Below, piece by piece: positions 1 through 8,862 of a DNA stretch of 20,000 bases. A program made the position numbers and the translations under genes. This DNA is from Deltaproteobacteria bacterium. GTDB lineage: Bacteria; Myxococcota; JACRCW01. The stretch lies in contig JACRCW010000040.1 in NCBI GenBank assembly GCA_016218805.1, positions 56,382 through 76,381 of the forward strand. Reading direction: 5' to 3'. Each line of letters opens with the position of its first letter. Positions within the stretch are counted from its first letter, which is position 1. Below the pieces are notes generated by a model that was given only the letters and a program-made list of their open reading frames with translations, searched no databases and was not told the DNA's origin.

Positions 1-1839
1 GGCGGACGACGCGGAGCTTGCAGTGGGTGCCGGTGATGACGACCCGGCCGCGGAGGACGCGGATGAACCGCCGCCGCTGCTCGCCGCGCCGCCATCCAGC
101 GGCGGTGCTGGCGTGCACGTCCCGGCGCTGCAACGCCAGCCGGCGCCGCAGTCCTCATCACCGCGGCACCCGGGACAGCTCCCCGCGTCACAGAACACGG
201 GCACCTCCACCAGCACCTCCGCGCTGGCCATCAGGTGCCCAAAGTGCGGCGCCGCCACGTCCTCCAGCGGTGACCCGTGGCCCGTCTGGGTCCAGCCCTT
301 CTGCAGCACCAGCGCGCGCCATGCGCGGCGGTAGATGACGCGCGCGCGCACGTGGATGTTGCCGCCACCGGCGGGCGCTTGGAATTCGTACGCGGTCACG
401 TCCGCCTGCAGCGGCGCCAGGCGGTTGTCGTCGACAATCGCCGTGGCCTCCGTGAAGAACACCGGGGCGTTGCCCGCTTCATCCCGCGCAACCTTGGCAT
501 ACAGGCGGCCGGGCATCCCCGCGTAGTCCCCGCGGGCGGGGTCACCCAGCCCGCCCAGCGCGTGCACCGTGGGACCGCCCAGGAACGCCAGCGGCGCGCT
601 CCCCGGTGTGCGCCACGCCTCCACCACCAGCACCACGTTGCGCATGGTCACGCCCGTCGGAACGCGGTGCCCGGCGCGGTCATTCACCAGCGTCACAGTG
701 GCAACAATCCGCCCGTCCAGCAGGCGCGCCTGCAGCGCCAGGGACACCGCGTGGTCCAGGTAGCGCGCGCTCGTTCCCTCCAGGCGGTGGTCCGTCACGT
801 CGCCCAGCGGGCGGAACAGCACCGGCCCCAGCACCCCGCACGCCTGCCGGTCGGGGAGCGCGGGCATGTGGCAGTCCGCGCAGGTGGCGTGCAGCGGCGA
901 GTCCGGATCGCCGTACGGCGACTCCTTCCACTCCAGGTAGGTCGGCTCGCTCACCACGCCGTCGTCCTCCTCAAAGTCCCCGTCCCCGTCGGGATCGTTC
1001 TTGTCCTGGTGGCAGGTGGCGCACAGCGCAGCGGGCAGCTGCGGCTGGTAGCTGGCGCGCATCAGGCCCTCCTGGCGGTAGGTGACATCTCCCAGCGCGC
1101 CGTATTCCACGTTCCACCCGTCATACGGGCGCGTCACCTCCACCACGCCCGGCCACATGCCGGGAAAGTTGGGCCGCGTCTCATCCACGCGGGCCACCTT
1201 GTGGCACACGTCACACGCCACGCCCATGGCGACGTCACCGTCTGCCGCGGACAGGGGCGACAGCGGCGTGTACGGATTCTTCAGCCAGGCCACCGGCTGG
1301 TGGCACGCGCGGCATTCGCTGGCCGGGTTGGTTCCCGCGTGGATGGAATCCCGCGTGTAGACGAACCCACCCGCCCCGCCGTCCGTGCCGCTGCCGTCAT
1401 ACAGGTCATACACCCAGCGGTTGGTCCCCGCGTGCGCCATGGCGGAATCCCGCCACGCCGGCGCCTGCCGCGTGTGGCAGTTCCCGCACGTGTCCGGCCG
1501 CAGGAACGCGTAGGCGGCGTTGTCACCCACGGGGACCGGGTCCAGCGCCAGCTCCATCCCCACGCGCGGCGCCACCACGTCCGCCCCGGCGTTGAAGTAG
1601 CCCACGCGGCCCGCCACCACCTTGACGCGTGCCCCGTCGTCCACGGCCAGCCGGAAGGTGCCGTCTGCGTCCGTCGTCACTTCGGTGGCCGTGGCCTGCA
1701 GGGTCACCCGCGCGCCGGCCACTGGCAGGCGGGTTGGCCCGTCCAGCACCACGCCGGAAACCTGGGCCGCGGCCGGTAGGGCCGCCGCCATCCCCGCCAT
1801 CCCCACCACCAACACGCAGCCTCTGGCGTGGCCCGCCAT
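1..1839 (-). CDS. Secreted multiheme (5x CXXCH) c-type cytochrome with N-terminal carboxypeptidase-regulatory-like beta-sandwich, C-terminal Cys-rich motif and Ser/Gly/Ala linker; 3'-partial (runs off window)
   Basis: Translated by hand; not in the ORF track because there is no stop in the window. ATG at 1839 lies downstream of GGAGAGG and the frame is open for 613 codons to position 1. Signal peptide MAGHARGCVLVVGMAGMAAALPAAA|QVSG, then VSGVVLDG..PVAGARVTL..TDADGTFRL. Heme motifs CGNCH (1474-1488), CRACH (1300-1314), CDVCH (1201-1215), CATCH (1009-1023), CADCHM (CADCH at 868-882). Later AGHRVPTG and CRGDEDCGAGWRCSAGTC. Confidence 0.9.
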   Translation of the reverse strand, partial: MAGHARGCVLVVGMAGMAAALPAAAQVSGVVLDGPTRLPVAGARVTLQATATEVTTDADGTFRLAVDDGARVKVVAGRVGYFNAGADVVAPRVGMELALDPVPVGDNAAYAFLRPDTCGNCHTRQAPAWRDSAMAHAGTNRWVYDLYDGSGTDGGAGGFVYTRDSIHAGTNPASECRACHQPVAWLKNPYTPLSPLSAADGDVAMGVACDVCHKVARVDETRPNFPGMWPGVVEVTRPYDGWNVEYGALGDVTYRQEGLMRASYQPQLPAALCATCHQDKNDPDGDGDFEEDDGVVSEPTYLEWKESPYGDPDSPLHATCADCHMPALPDRQACGVLGPVLFRPLGDVTDHRLEGTSARYLDHAVSLALQARLLDGRIVATVTLVNDRAGHRVPTGVTMRNVVLVVEAWRTPGSAPLAFLGGPTVHALGGLGDPARGDYAGMPGRLYAKVARDEAGNAPVFFTEATAIVDDNRLAPLQADVTAYEFQAPAGGGNIHVRARVIYRRAWRALVLQKGWTQTGHGSPLEDVAAPHFGHLMASAEVLVEVPVFCDAGSCPGCRGDEDCGAGWRCSAGTCTPAPPLDGGAASSGGGSSASSAAGSSSPAPTASSASSA

Positions 1840-2005
1840 CCCGGGGACGTCCTCTCCAATCCTACGGCGGGAGCACGCCCGCGCCGCCAGCAATCTGGGT
1901 CCACCGGTGCGCGGCACGCAACCTGGGGCCACATTGCGCCCTGCCGCCCGCTCACGTATGGCGCCGCCCCGACGACGGCGCGCCCGTGCGCGCCACAGGT
2001 GAAGC

Positions 2006-3256
2006 ATGACGGGCGCGCTCACCCATACGCTGGAGGCTCGGCTGGCCCAGGCGGTCCCGGACGCGGATGAACGCGTGCGCGTGACCCGGCTGCTGGAGTC
2101 CTGCATGCGCGCCATCGCGGACATGTCCCGCATGGATGAGTCGCTCTACGAGCGGCTCGCCGCCGGCGAGGGGTCACTGCTGGCGCAGCAGGAGGCCGGC
2201 GCGCTGCTGCTGCAGCTGGCGGCGGTGACCCTGGACGGCCTGGGTGAGCTGGTGGGCGTGCTGTCCCGCGAGGGCTACCTGCAGGCGCTGCCCGGCAGCA
2301 CCACGCTGCCGGATGACCTGGAGTTTGACCTGGGCGGCGGGCACGCACCGGAGCCCGCGCAGCTGGGACTGGACGAGCTGGACATTGACGGCGCGCTCGC
2401 CGGGCTGTCGCCAGCACAGGAGAGCAGCGCGCGGCGCACCCAGGAAGTGGCCGAAGCGGCGCGCTCCATCGGGTACGGAATACAAAGCCAGCTGGACGGG
2501 TTCTACCGGCGGTTTGACGCCGCCGTCCGCGGTGGCCATCTGGGGCAGGCCATGGAGGACCTGGATGACACGCGCAACGCCACCGGCGACGGAGTGTTTG
2601 CGCTCATCACCGCGGTGATGAAGGCGTACCTGCCGGAGCTGTCGCCGGACGTGGTGGTGCCCACGCACCGCAGCACGCTGCAGCGCGCCCTGCTGGTGCG
2701 CATTGGCGTGGCGGACCTGTGCCGCCTGGTGGAGCGGGACAACGGCATCTTCCAGGACGCCGCCGGCGCGCGCGCGGACCAGGAGGGAGCGCTGGCGCGC
2801 CTGTGCCACACGCTGGAGAACTACATCGCCTCGGAGGCCTTCCGGATGATGCGCCCCGCGGACCGCTGGGAGCTGAGCAAGGCGCTCACTGCGCTCAACG
2901 CCGGCGGGCCCGGGCTGGCCACGCGCCAGGCCGCGGAGGGACTGGCCAAGTTCCTGGACAGCCTGTCTTCCATCAACCAACGGGACGCGCTGCGCCGGCA
3001 TGACCTGGAGGTCCTGCGGGAGTTGGAGCAGGCGCTGGACGCCGCCCGTGACGTGGCCGGCGTCAGCTTCTCCGGCGCCATGAGCCTGGTGCAGCAGGCG
3101 CAGGCGCTGGCCGTCCGCCTGTACGGTCTCAGCCGCGAACTGGACCTGCTGCTCATCCGCTGGCGCCTGGACCCGCCCCAGCTCAACCGCCCGGGAGACC
3201 TGGAGCAGGTTGTCAGCCAACTGGGCGCCCTGGTGCGCGCACACGCCCGGAGTTGA
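2006..3256 (+). CDS. Hypothetical, predicted all-alpha-helical cytoplasmic protein (416 aa)
   Basis: Long ORF with strong GC3 codon bias and natural Leu/Ala/Glu-rich composition; acidic linker DDLEFDLG..LDELDID. No family recognised. Confidence 0.8.
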   Translation: MTGALTHTLEARLAQAVPDADERVRVTRLLESCMRAIADMSRMDESLYERLAAGEGSLLAQQEAGALLLQLAAVTLDGLGELVGVLSREGYLQALPGSTTLPDDLEFDLGGGHAPEPAQLGLDELDIDGALAGLSPAQESSARRTQEVAEAARSIGYGIQSQLDGFYRRFDAAVRGGHLGQAMEDLDDTRNATGDGVFALITAVMKAYLPELSPDVVVPTHRSTLQRALLVRIGVADLCRLVERDNGIFQDAAGARADQEGALARLCHTLENYIASEAFRMMRPADRWELSKALTALNAGGPGLATRQAAEGLAKFLDSLSSINQRDALRRHDLEVLRELEQALDAARDVAGVSFSGAMSLVQQAQALAVRLYGLSRELDLLLIRWRLDPPQLNRPGDLEQVVSQLGALVRAHARS

Positions 3257-3313
3257 CCGCCGGATCCCGCACGCACGCTTGCCGCGCACCCGCTCACCGG
3301 GGAGATACCCGTC

Positions 3314-3880
3314 ATGGCCGGCTACGAAGTGAAGGGGTTTCATTTCCGCGGCATCCTGGCGGCGCTGGAGTCCGAAGGCCTCACCGCAGAGGTCCGCGAC
3401 CGGCTGGCGCCGGGCGAGGCCGCGTTCATGGAGCGGCCGCCGTTGCCGGGCGCATGGGTGGAGGGGCGCGTGATGGACGCCATCAGCGAAGCCGTGCTGG
3501 CACTGCGCGGCCCGCAGGTGCTGCGGCGCGTCCACAAGCTCGCCGTGAACCGGGGCGCCATGACGGTCCTGCGGCCGGTGGTGGAGTCGGTGATGCGTGT
3601 GCTGGGCGTGTCCCCCGGCACGCTGCTGGCGCAGCTCAACACGCTGCAGGGCGCGGCTGCGCGCGGCATTGAGCACCGGTTTGAGGCGCGCGGTCCCGCC
3701 GAGGGCGTGCTGGCGACGTCCGTGGTGGGCAACGTGCCGGACTCGTTCTTTGAGGGCACAGCGGGCAGCATGGAGGCGCTGTGCACCCTGTGCGGCGTGA
3801 CCCCGTTGATTTCCGCGCCGGAGGTGACGCGCACCGCGGACCGCACCACGGGGCGGTTGCAGCTGAGCTGGCGGCGGTGA
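3314..3880 (+). CDS. Myxobacterial-type hypothetical protein, DUF2378/TIGR02265-like (H-NOX/V4R-like fold suspected)
   Basis: GGAG upstream of the ATG; GC3 bias. N-terminal EVKGFHF, PLPGAWV motif and C-terminal ...LQLSW pattern resemble this myxobacterial family (from memory; no search run). Confidence 0.65.
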   Translation: MAGYEVKGFHFRGILAALESEGLTAEVRDRLAPGEAAFMERPPLPGAWVEGRVMDAISEAVLALRGPQVLRRVHKLAVNRGAMTVLRPVVESVMRVLGVSPGTLLAQLNTLQGAAARGIEHRFEARGPAEGVLATSVVGNVPDSFFEGTAGSMEALCTLCGVTPLISAPEVTRTADRTTGRLQLSWRR

Positions 3881-3897
3881 CCCGCCCGCCGGTGGCG

Positions 3898-5994
3898 TCA
3901 GTACCGCGCCAGGTCCCGCAGGGCCGCCACCACCTGCTGCGGCTGCACCAGCGTGGCGTTCTCCAGGATGCGGTTGAAGGCCACGCCGGCCGCGTCCTTG
4001 CTGGCCAGCCGGCGCACGGGCGCATCCAGGAACTCAAACGCCTTCTCCGCCGCCAGGGCCGCCACCTCGCCGCCCAGGCCGCCAAACAGGCGGTCTTCGT
4101 GCAGCACCAGCAGCTTCCCGGTCTTCTTCACCGTTGCCAGGATGGCCGCCTCGTCCAGGGGGCGCACGCAGCGCAGGTCCACCACCTCCACGCTGATGCC
4201 TTCCGGCTCCAGCGCCTTGGCCGCCTCCAGCGCAAAATGCACGGTATTGCCGTACGTGACCACGGAGACGTCCGTGCCCTCGCGGCGCACGCGCGCCTGG
4301 CCCAGCGGGATGCAGTGGTCCGGGCCCAGGTTGGGACCGCGCGCCTCCGGGCGGTTGTACAGGTACTTGGGCTCCAGGAAGAAGGTGACCCCGCGGGACC
4401 GGACGGCCGTGCGCAGCAGACCCGCCGCATCATCCGCAAATGCCGGGGCAATGACGCGCACGCCGGGCAGCGTGCCCAGGATGCCCTCCACGTTCTGCGA
4501 GTGATACGGCCCCCCGCCAATGTACCCGCCCGAGGCCAGCCGGCACACCACATTGGGCACGAATTGCCCATTGGTGCGCCAGTATTCATGGCTGATCTCC
4601 ACCACCTGTTCCATGGCGGGCCACACGTAATCAGCGAATTGCGCCGCCTCAATGACGACGTGAATCTTGGGGTCATAGCGGCACATGCCGTTGGCGGTGG
4701 CCACAATGTAATTCTCGGCAATGGGCCCGTTGAACACGCGCCCCGGCCCAAACTCCGCCTGCATCCCCTTGGTCAGGTTGAACACCCCGCCCTTGTCCTT
4801 GCTGGCCACGTCCTGGCCCCACAGGAACGTGTCCGGGTTTCTCCGGAATTCCTCCAGCATCGTGCGGGTGATCGCTTCGCGCAGTTTCTCTTCCTTTCCA
4901 CCGTCACGCGGAGCGTCCAGCGCCGCGGGCGCGTAGGGCTCCGGCACATTGAACTGCAGCACGGTGGCCGGATCGGGCTCCGCGCTGGCCTCACCCTGTG
5001 CGCAGGCCTGCTCCACCTCGGCCAGCACCTCGGCTTCAATCTCGCGCAGCGCCTTGTCATCCGCAAAGCCGTGGCTCAGCGCGGTGGCGCGCAGCCGCGC
5101 CAGCGGGTCATACCGCTCCGCGTCCTTGATCTCCTCGGGGCTGCGGTACAGCTCGTGCGCGTCGCTGTTGGAATGTGCGCCCATGCGGACGCACGCGGCG
5201 TTGATGACCACCGGCCCGCCGCCGCGCCGCACGTGCTCCACCGCGTCGTGCATCGCGCGCGTGGAGTCAAAGATGTCCGTGCCGTCACACATGACCAGCT
5301 TCAGCCCCTTCAGGCCGCGGAAGTTCTCCGCAACAACCTCGTTGGCGGTCTGGTCAGACGTGGGCACGGAGATGCCATAGCCGTTGGCCTGCAGCACAAA
5401 GATGGCGGGCACCCGTTCACGGCTGGCGCCGTTGAGCGCCTCAAACACGTAGCCTTCGGACGCGGAGGATTCCCCCTGGCTGCTGAACACCACCGCGTCT
5501 GATTTGTAGTACTTCACCGCGCGCGCCAGCCCCGCCGCCTGCGAGGCATGGTTGCCCGTGCAGGACGACACGTTCTGGATGCCAATGGCGGGCTTGCCGA
5601 AGTGGTTGGACATCCCGCGGCCGCCGCTGCACACGTCCGCCGCTTTGGACAGGCCATTGAGCACAATCTCCAGCGGGGTGAGCCCCGCGGCCACGGTGGT
5701 GGCCATGTCGCGGTAGTACGGGAACAGGAAGTCCTTGTTGGCGCGGAAGGCCAGACCCAGGGCCACCTGGATGCCTTCGTGGCCGGCGCAGCGTGCCAGG
5801 TAGCTCCAGCCCTTGCCCAGGCGAATGAACTTGCTGGCGCGGTCCTCCAACTGCCGCGTGAGGAACATGAGCCGGTACCAGTGCCGGACTTCCTGGGCGG
5901 TGGCCTTGTACGCCTTGACCTTCAGGGGCGGCAGTTCGGCGTGGGCGGCGTGGGCCGGCTTGTCCGCGGACTTGGTGTTCTCAGTGGCAACCAT
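3898..5994 (-). CDS. 2-oxoacid (probably 2-oxoisovalerate/branched-chain) dehydrogenase E1, fused alpha+beta subunits, TPP-dependent
   Basis: E1-alpha motifs AGHEG, FPYYRD, TPP site GESSASEG...N.YGIS, RMGAHSNSD. E1-beta motifs GQDV..KGGVF, RVFNGPIAE, AQFADY, GPYHSQ, FLEPKYLY, EVVDLR, FLDAPVRR. Confidence 0.93.
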   Translation of the reverse strand: MVATENTKSADKPAHAAHAELPPLKVKAYKATAQEVRHWYRLMFLTRQLEDRASKFIRLGKGWSYLARCAGHEGIQVALGLAFRANKDFLFPYYRDMATTVAAGLTPLEIVLNGLSKAADVCSGGRGMSNHFGKPAIGIQNVSSCTGNHASQAAGLARAVKYYKSDAVVFSSQGESSASEGYVFEALNGASRERVPAIFVLQANGYGISVPTSDQTANEVVAENFRGLKGLKLVMCDGTDIFDSTRAMHDAVEHVRRGGGPVVINAACVRMGAHSNSDAHELYRSPEEIKDAERYDPLARLRATALSHGFADDKALREIEAEVLAEVEQACAQGEASAEPDPATVLQFNVPEPYAPAALDAPRDGGKEEKLREAITRTMLEEFRRNPDTFLWGQDVASKDKGGVFNLTKGMQAEFGPGRVFNGPIAENYIVATANGMCRYDPKIHVVIEAAQFADYVWPAMEQVVEISHEYWRTNGQFVPNVVCRLASGGYIGGGPYHSQNVEGILGTLPGVRVIAPAFADDAAGLLRTAVRSRGVTFFLEPKYLYNRPEARGPNLGPDHCIPLGQARVRREGTDVSVVTYGNTVHFALEAAKALEPEGISVEVVDLRCVRPLDEAAILATVKKTGKLLVLHEDRLFGGLGGEVAALAAEKAFEFLDAPVRRLASKDAAGVAFNRILENATLVQPQQVVAALRDLARY

Positions 5995-6128
5995 GGTGAA
6001 TCCATCTGCCCCCGCGTTGGGGGGCGCCGTGTTGGGTCGTTTGAAGGGCGGGGGAACCTAGAGAACGGCCCCACCCTCCGCAACACCCACCCGCGCGTTG
6101 GCACGCCCTGCGGCGGACGCCGGCCCCC

Positions 6129-6821
6129 TCAGGTCCCCGCGTCCGCATCATGACGACGGCAGCGGTTCTCCCCGGACACCTGGGCCGCGCGCGCCGGCAC
6201 CCGCGCCGCGGACCGTTCCGCGTCCCGCCGCGCCTGCGCCCGGGTGCCCCCGCAGCCCGGACGCGTGGCCAGCACCTCCGCCGCGGTGCGCCCCTCCCCG
6301 TCCCGGCCAAACGCGTCCAGCGTCTCCGCCACCGACAGCACGCACTGCAGGTCCCAGACGCGCTCTGCGTCAGCGTCCAGGACCCACAGCGCATGCGCGT
6401 CCGTGGGCCAGGTGAACGGTTCGGGGGGGTCCATGCCGCAGGTCACCGCGTATTGGGACGGGTCATCCGGGCCCTCCACGCGGCCGGCGTAGACCGCACG
6501 CGGCACCGGCCCAAACAACGCCGTCAACGTCTCCAGCACGCGCTGGGGCAACAGCAGCCGCCCCACCTCCAGGCGGCCCACCCAGTCCTCCACCGGGAGC
6601 ACGTCCATGCGTTCAAACTCCGCGCTGGACGCGCACCAGGTCAGCACCGCGCAGTTGGTGGCGCGCGTCAGCGCAATGACGCCAATGACGTGCGCTTCAT
6701 CCAGGGTGCTGTCCGCCAGCACCGGCGCCGGCGGCCCCGCGTCCACGCTCCCGCCGCCCCCACCGCTGCAGGACCACAGCGCCAGCACGAGGGCGGTGGA
6801 CGGCGGGACGCGGCAGCGCAT
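6129..6821 (-). CDS. Hypothetical lipoprotein (230 aa)
   Basis: Start re-called at ATG 6821, because the track's upstream extension is antisense to the TIGR01777 gene. MRCRVPPSTALVLALWSC is a lipobox-like signal followed by a GGGGGSVDAG linker; several Cys in the mature part. Confidence 0.65.
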   Translation of the reverse strand: MRCRVPPSTALVLALWSCSGGGGGSVDAGPPAPVLADSTLDEAHVIGVIALTRATNCAVLTWCASSAEFERMDVLPVEDWVGRLEVGRLLLPQRVLETLTALFGPVPRAVYAGRVEGPDDPSQYAVTCGMDPPEPFTWPTDAHALWVLDADAERVWDLQCVLSVAETLDAFGRDGEGRTAAEVLATRPGCGGTRAQARRDAERSAARVPARAAQVSGENRCRRHDADAGT

Positions 6822-6908
6822 GGGCGGCAGTGTAGAAGGGGAGGAACGGGGCGCAAGCGGGCGAACCGCCCCGCAGGCGGGCGGCACCGCCGGGCCGGAG
6901 GCATGGGC

Positions 6909-7814
6909 ATGGCACGGGTGGTGGTCAGCGGGGCAACCGGGCTGGTGGGGTCCGCGCTGGTGCGCGCGCTGCACGCGCGCGGTGACACGGTGGTGGTGCT
7001 GGCGCGGGACCCGTCCCGCCTGGCGCTGCCGCATGAGGTGGCGTTCCGCTGGGACGGCCTGCGGGAGCCGCCCCCGGGCGAGGCGCTGGCCGGCGCGGAC
7101 GCCCTGGTGCACCTGCTGGGCGAGCCCATTGCGGGCGCGCGGTGGAGCCCGGCGGTCAAGCAGAGGATCCTGGACAGCCGCGTGCGTTCCACGGGCGAGC
7201 TGGTGGCGGCACTGCGGTCCAGTGCGGCACGCCCCGGCGCGCTGGTGTGCGCGTCCGCCACGGGGTTCTACGGAGACCGGGGTGACGAGGAGCTGGACGA
7301 GCACAGCGCGCCGGGAGACGACTTCCTGGCGCGCGTGTGCGGGGCGTGGGAGGCAGAGGCCACGGCGGCGGAGCAGCTGGGAGTGCGCCGCGTGTCGCTG
7401 CGGCTGGGCGTGGTGCTGGCCCGCCGCGGTGGCGCGCTGGAGCGGATGCTGCCGGTGTTCCGGCTGGGCCTGGGAGGGCGGCTGGGGCACGGCCGGCAGT
7501 ACTTCCCGTGGATCCACCTGGATGACCTGGTGGCCCTGTTGCTGCGCGCCGTGGATGACGCCGCGTGGTCCGGCCCGGTGAACGCGGTGGCGCCCGGGGC
7601 CGCCACCAACGCGCGCTTCACCGCCGCGCTGGCCGCCGCGTTGCACCGCCCGGCCATCCTCCCTGTGCCGGCGGCGGCGCTGCGCCTGGCCCTGGGCGAG
7701 ATGTCCACCGCGCTGTTGGGCAGCCAGCGCGCCGTGCCGCGCCGTGCACTGGCCGCGGGGTTTGCCTTCCGGTTCCCGGACCTGGACAGCGCGCTGCGGG
7801 ATGCGCTGGCCTGA
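6909..7814 (+). CDS. TIGR01777 family NAD(P)-dependent epimerase/oxidoreductase (YfcH-like, with DUF1731 C-terminus)
   Basis: GGAGG 7 nt before ATG 6909. Motifs VVVSGATGLVG, HLLGEPI..RW, ILDSRV, ASATGFYG, DFLARVC..WE, GLGGRLGHGRQYFPWIHLDD, GPVNAVAP, GFAFRFPDL. Confidence 0.93.
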   Translation: MARVVVSGATGLVGSALVRALHARGDTVVVLARDPSRLALPHEVAFRWDGLREPPPGEALAGADALVHLLGEPIAGARWSPAVKQRILDSRVRSTGELVAALRSSAARPGALVCASATGFYGDRGDEELDEHSAPGDDFLARVCGAWEAEATAAEQLGVRRVSLRLGVVLARRGGALERMLPVFRLGLGGRLGHGRQYFPWIHLDDLVALLLRAVDDAAWSGPVNAVAPGAATNARFTAALAAALHRPAILPVPAAALRLALGEMSTALLGSQRAVPRRALAAGFAFRFPDLDSALRDALA

Positions 7815-7817
7815 CGC

Positions 7818-8420
7818 TCACGCGCCGGACACCCATGCCGTCCACCGCTCCCACGTGCGCCGGCGCGGCACCTGCCGGGCCCAGCGCGCCACGTGCTGCT
7901 CCTCCCGGGCGATGTCGGCGCGCCACGCCGCCATGTCGCGCCGCACGGCGCGCTCAGCGGCGTCATCCACGGCCCACCCGATGGGACACAGTTCCGCGCT
8001 GCCCACATCCGTGCGCAGGGTGCCCTCGCGCACGGGGTAGGGGTAGATACGGCAAACGCCCGGCCGCAGCGCGTGGATGGCGCAGCGGCCGCGGGCACCC
8101 ACCTCGTGGAGGAAGGCGCAGCGGGAGCCGTCGCGCTGGCGCAGCGCCAGCGTGACCGGTCCGTCCGCCAGCGGGATGGGTACGGTGAACCAAGGGTGGT
8201 GGTGCCCGGCACCGGGCACGCGGGTCACCACGTCATCCAGCGGCACGCTCAGGGCGGAGGCAATGCGTTGCGCCTCCACGGTGGTGAGCCGCGCGCGCAG
8301 GGTGGCGCAGCAGGGCGCGGCGCAGTTGGCACAGGGTGCCAGCGAATAACCCGCGGGGGCGCCCTCCCCCGCCGGGACGCGGGGCAGGTTGATGACGTGC
8401 AGGCGCGGCGGCATGCGCAT
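7818..8420 (-). CDS. YkgJ family cysteine-cluster (CxxCxxCC, putative Fe-S/Zn) protein
   Basis: CANCAAPCC ... CAFL ... CAIHALRPGVCRIYPY ... CP. Start is ATG 8420 or 8414. Confidence 0.85.
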   Translation of the reverse strand: MRMPPRLHVINLPRVPAGEGAPAGYSLAPCANCAAPCCATLRARLTTVEAQRIASALSVPLDDVVTRVPGAGHHHPWFTVPIPLADGPVTLALRQRDGSRCAFLHEVGARGRCAIHALRPGVCRIYPYPVREGTLRTDVGSAELCPIGWAVDDAAERAVRRDMAAWRADIAREEQHVARWARQVPRRRTWERWTAWVSGA

Positions 8421-8519
8421 CCCATACGTGGCCGCGGCACGCACGGCGAGCCATCCGCCGATCGTCGTCGGTCGATCGCCGGCTGGGCACGGCGCGATCT
8501 GCGGGGCAGGCTGGTTTCC

Positions 8520-8825
8520 ATGAGACACGCCCTGGTCGCACTGGTCCTTGTCCTGTGCGCTGCCGTTGCGGAGGCCGCACCCCGCAAGGCACCGCGGCGC
8601 GGCACCCCACCGGCCAAGGTGCGCCAGGTCCCCGCCGCGCCCGCCGCGGCGCCGGAGCCGTTCCGGCACGGCGCCATTCACGTGGAGTTCGGCGCGCATG
8701 ACGTGACCGGACAGGCCGCGCGTCCCGGAGAGGTGCGCATTGTGGAACGCGTCGAAGTCCCCGTGCGCAGCCTGCTGCGCCTCAAGCCGGACCTGCGCAC
8801 ACGGGTGCTGGGCACGGTGGAGTGA
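8520..8825 (+). CDS. Small secreted protein resembling adventurous-gliding CglF/GltF family (101 aa)
   Basis: Signal peptide MRHALVALVLVLCAAVAEA, then a Pro/Ala/Lys linker, then VEFGAHDVTGQAARPGEVRIVER..VRSLLRLKPDLRTRVLGTV. This follows the F-x4-(I/V)xG-x4-P-x6-R..SL(I/L)..-helix pattern I recall for CglF. Confidence 0.6.
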   Translation: MRHALVALVLVLCAAVAEAAPRKAPRRGTPPAKVRQVPAAPAAAPEPFRHGAIHVEFGAHDVTGQAARPGEVRIVERVEVPVRSLLRLKPDLRTRVLGTVE

Positions 8826-8862
8826 GGACGGGACGGGTGCGCTGCTGTTAGCGTGCCCCGCC

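Noticed and set aside
277..1779. 500-aa plus-strand ORF
   Set aside because: Antisense shadow of the multiheme cytochrome; Arg/His/Val-rich sequence with no motifs.
2174..5502. Long ORFs 2174..3676 (-) and 3781..5502 (+)
   Set aside because: Antisense shadows of well-supported genes; long open frames are expected at this GC content.
6098..6114. TTGGCACG sigma54 -24-like element
   Set aside because: No TTGC at -12, and it points into the 3' end of an opposite-strand gene.
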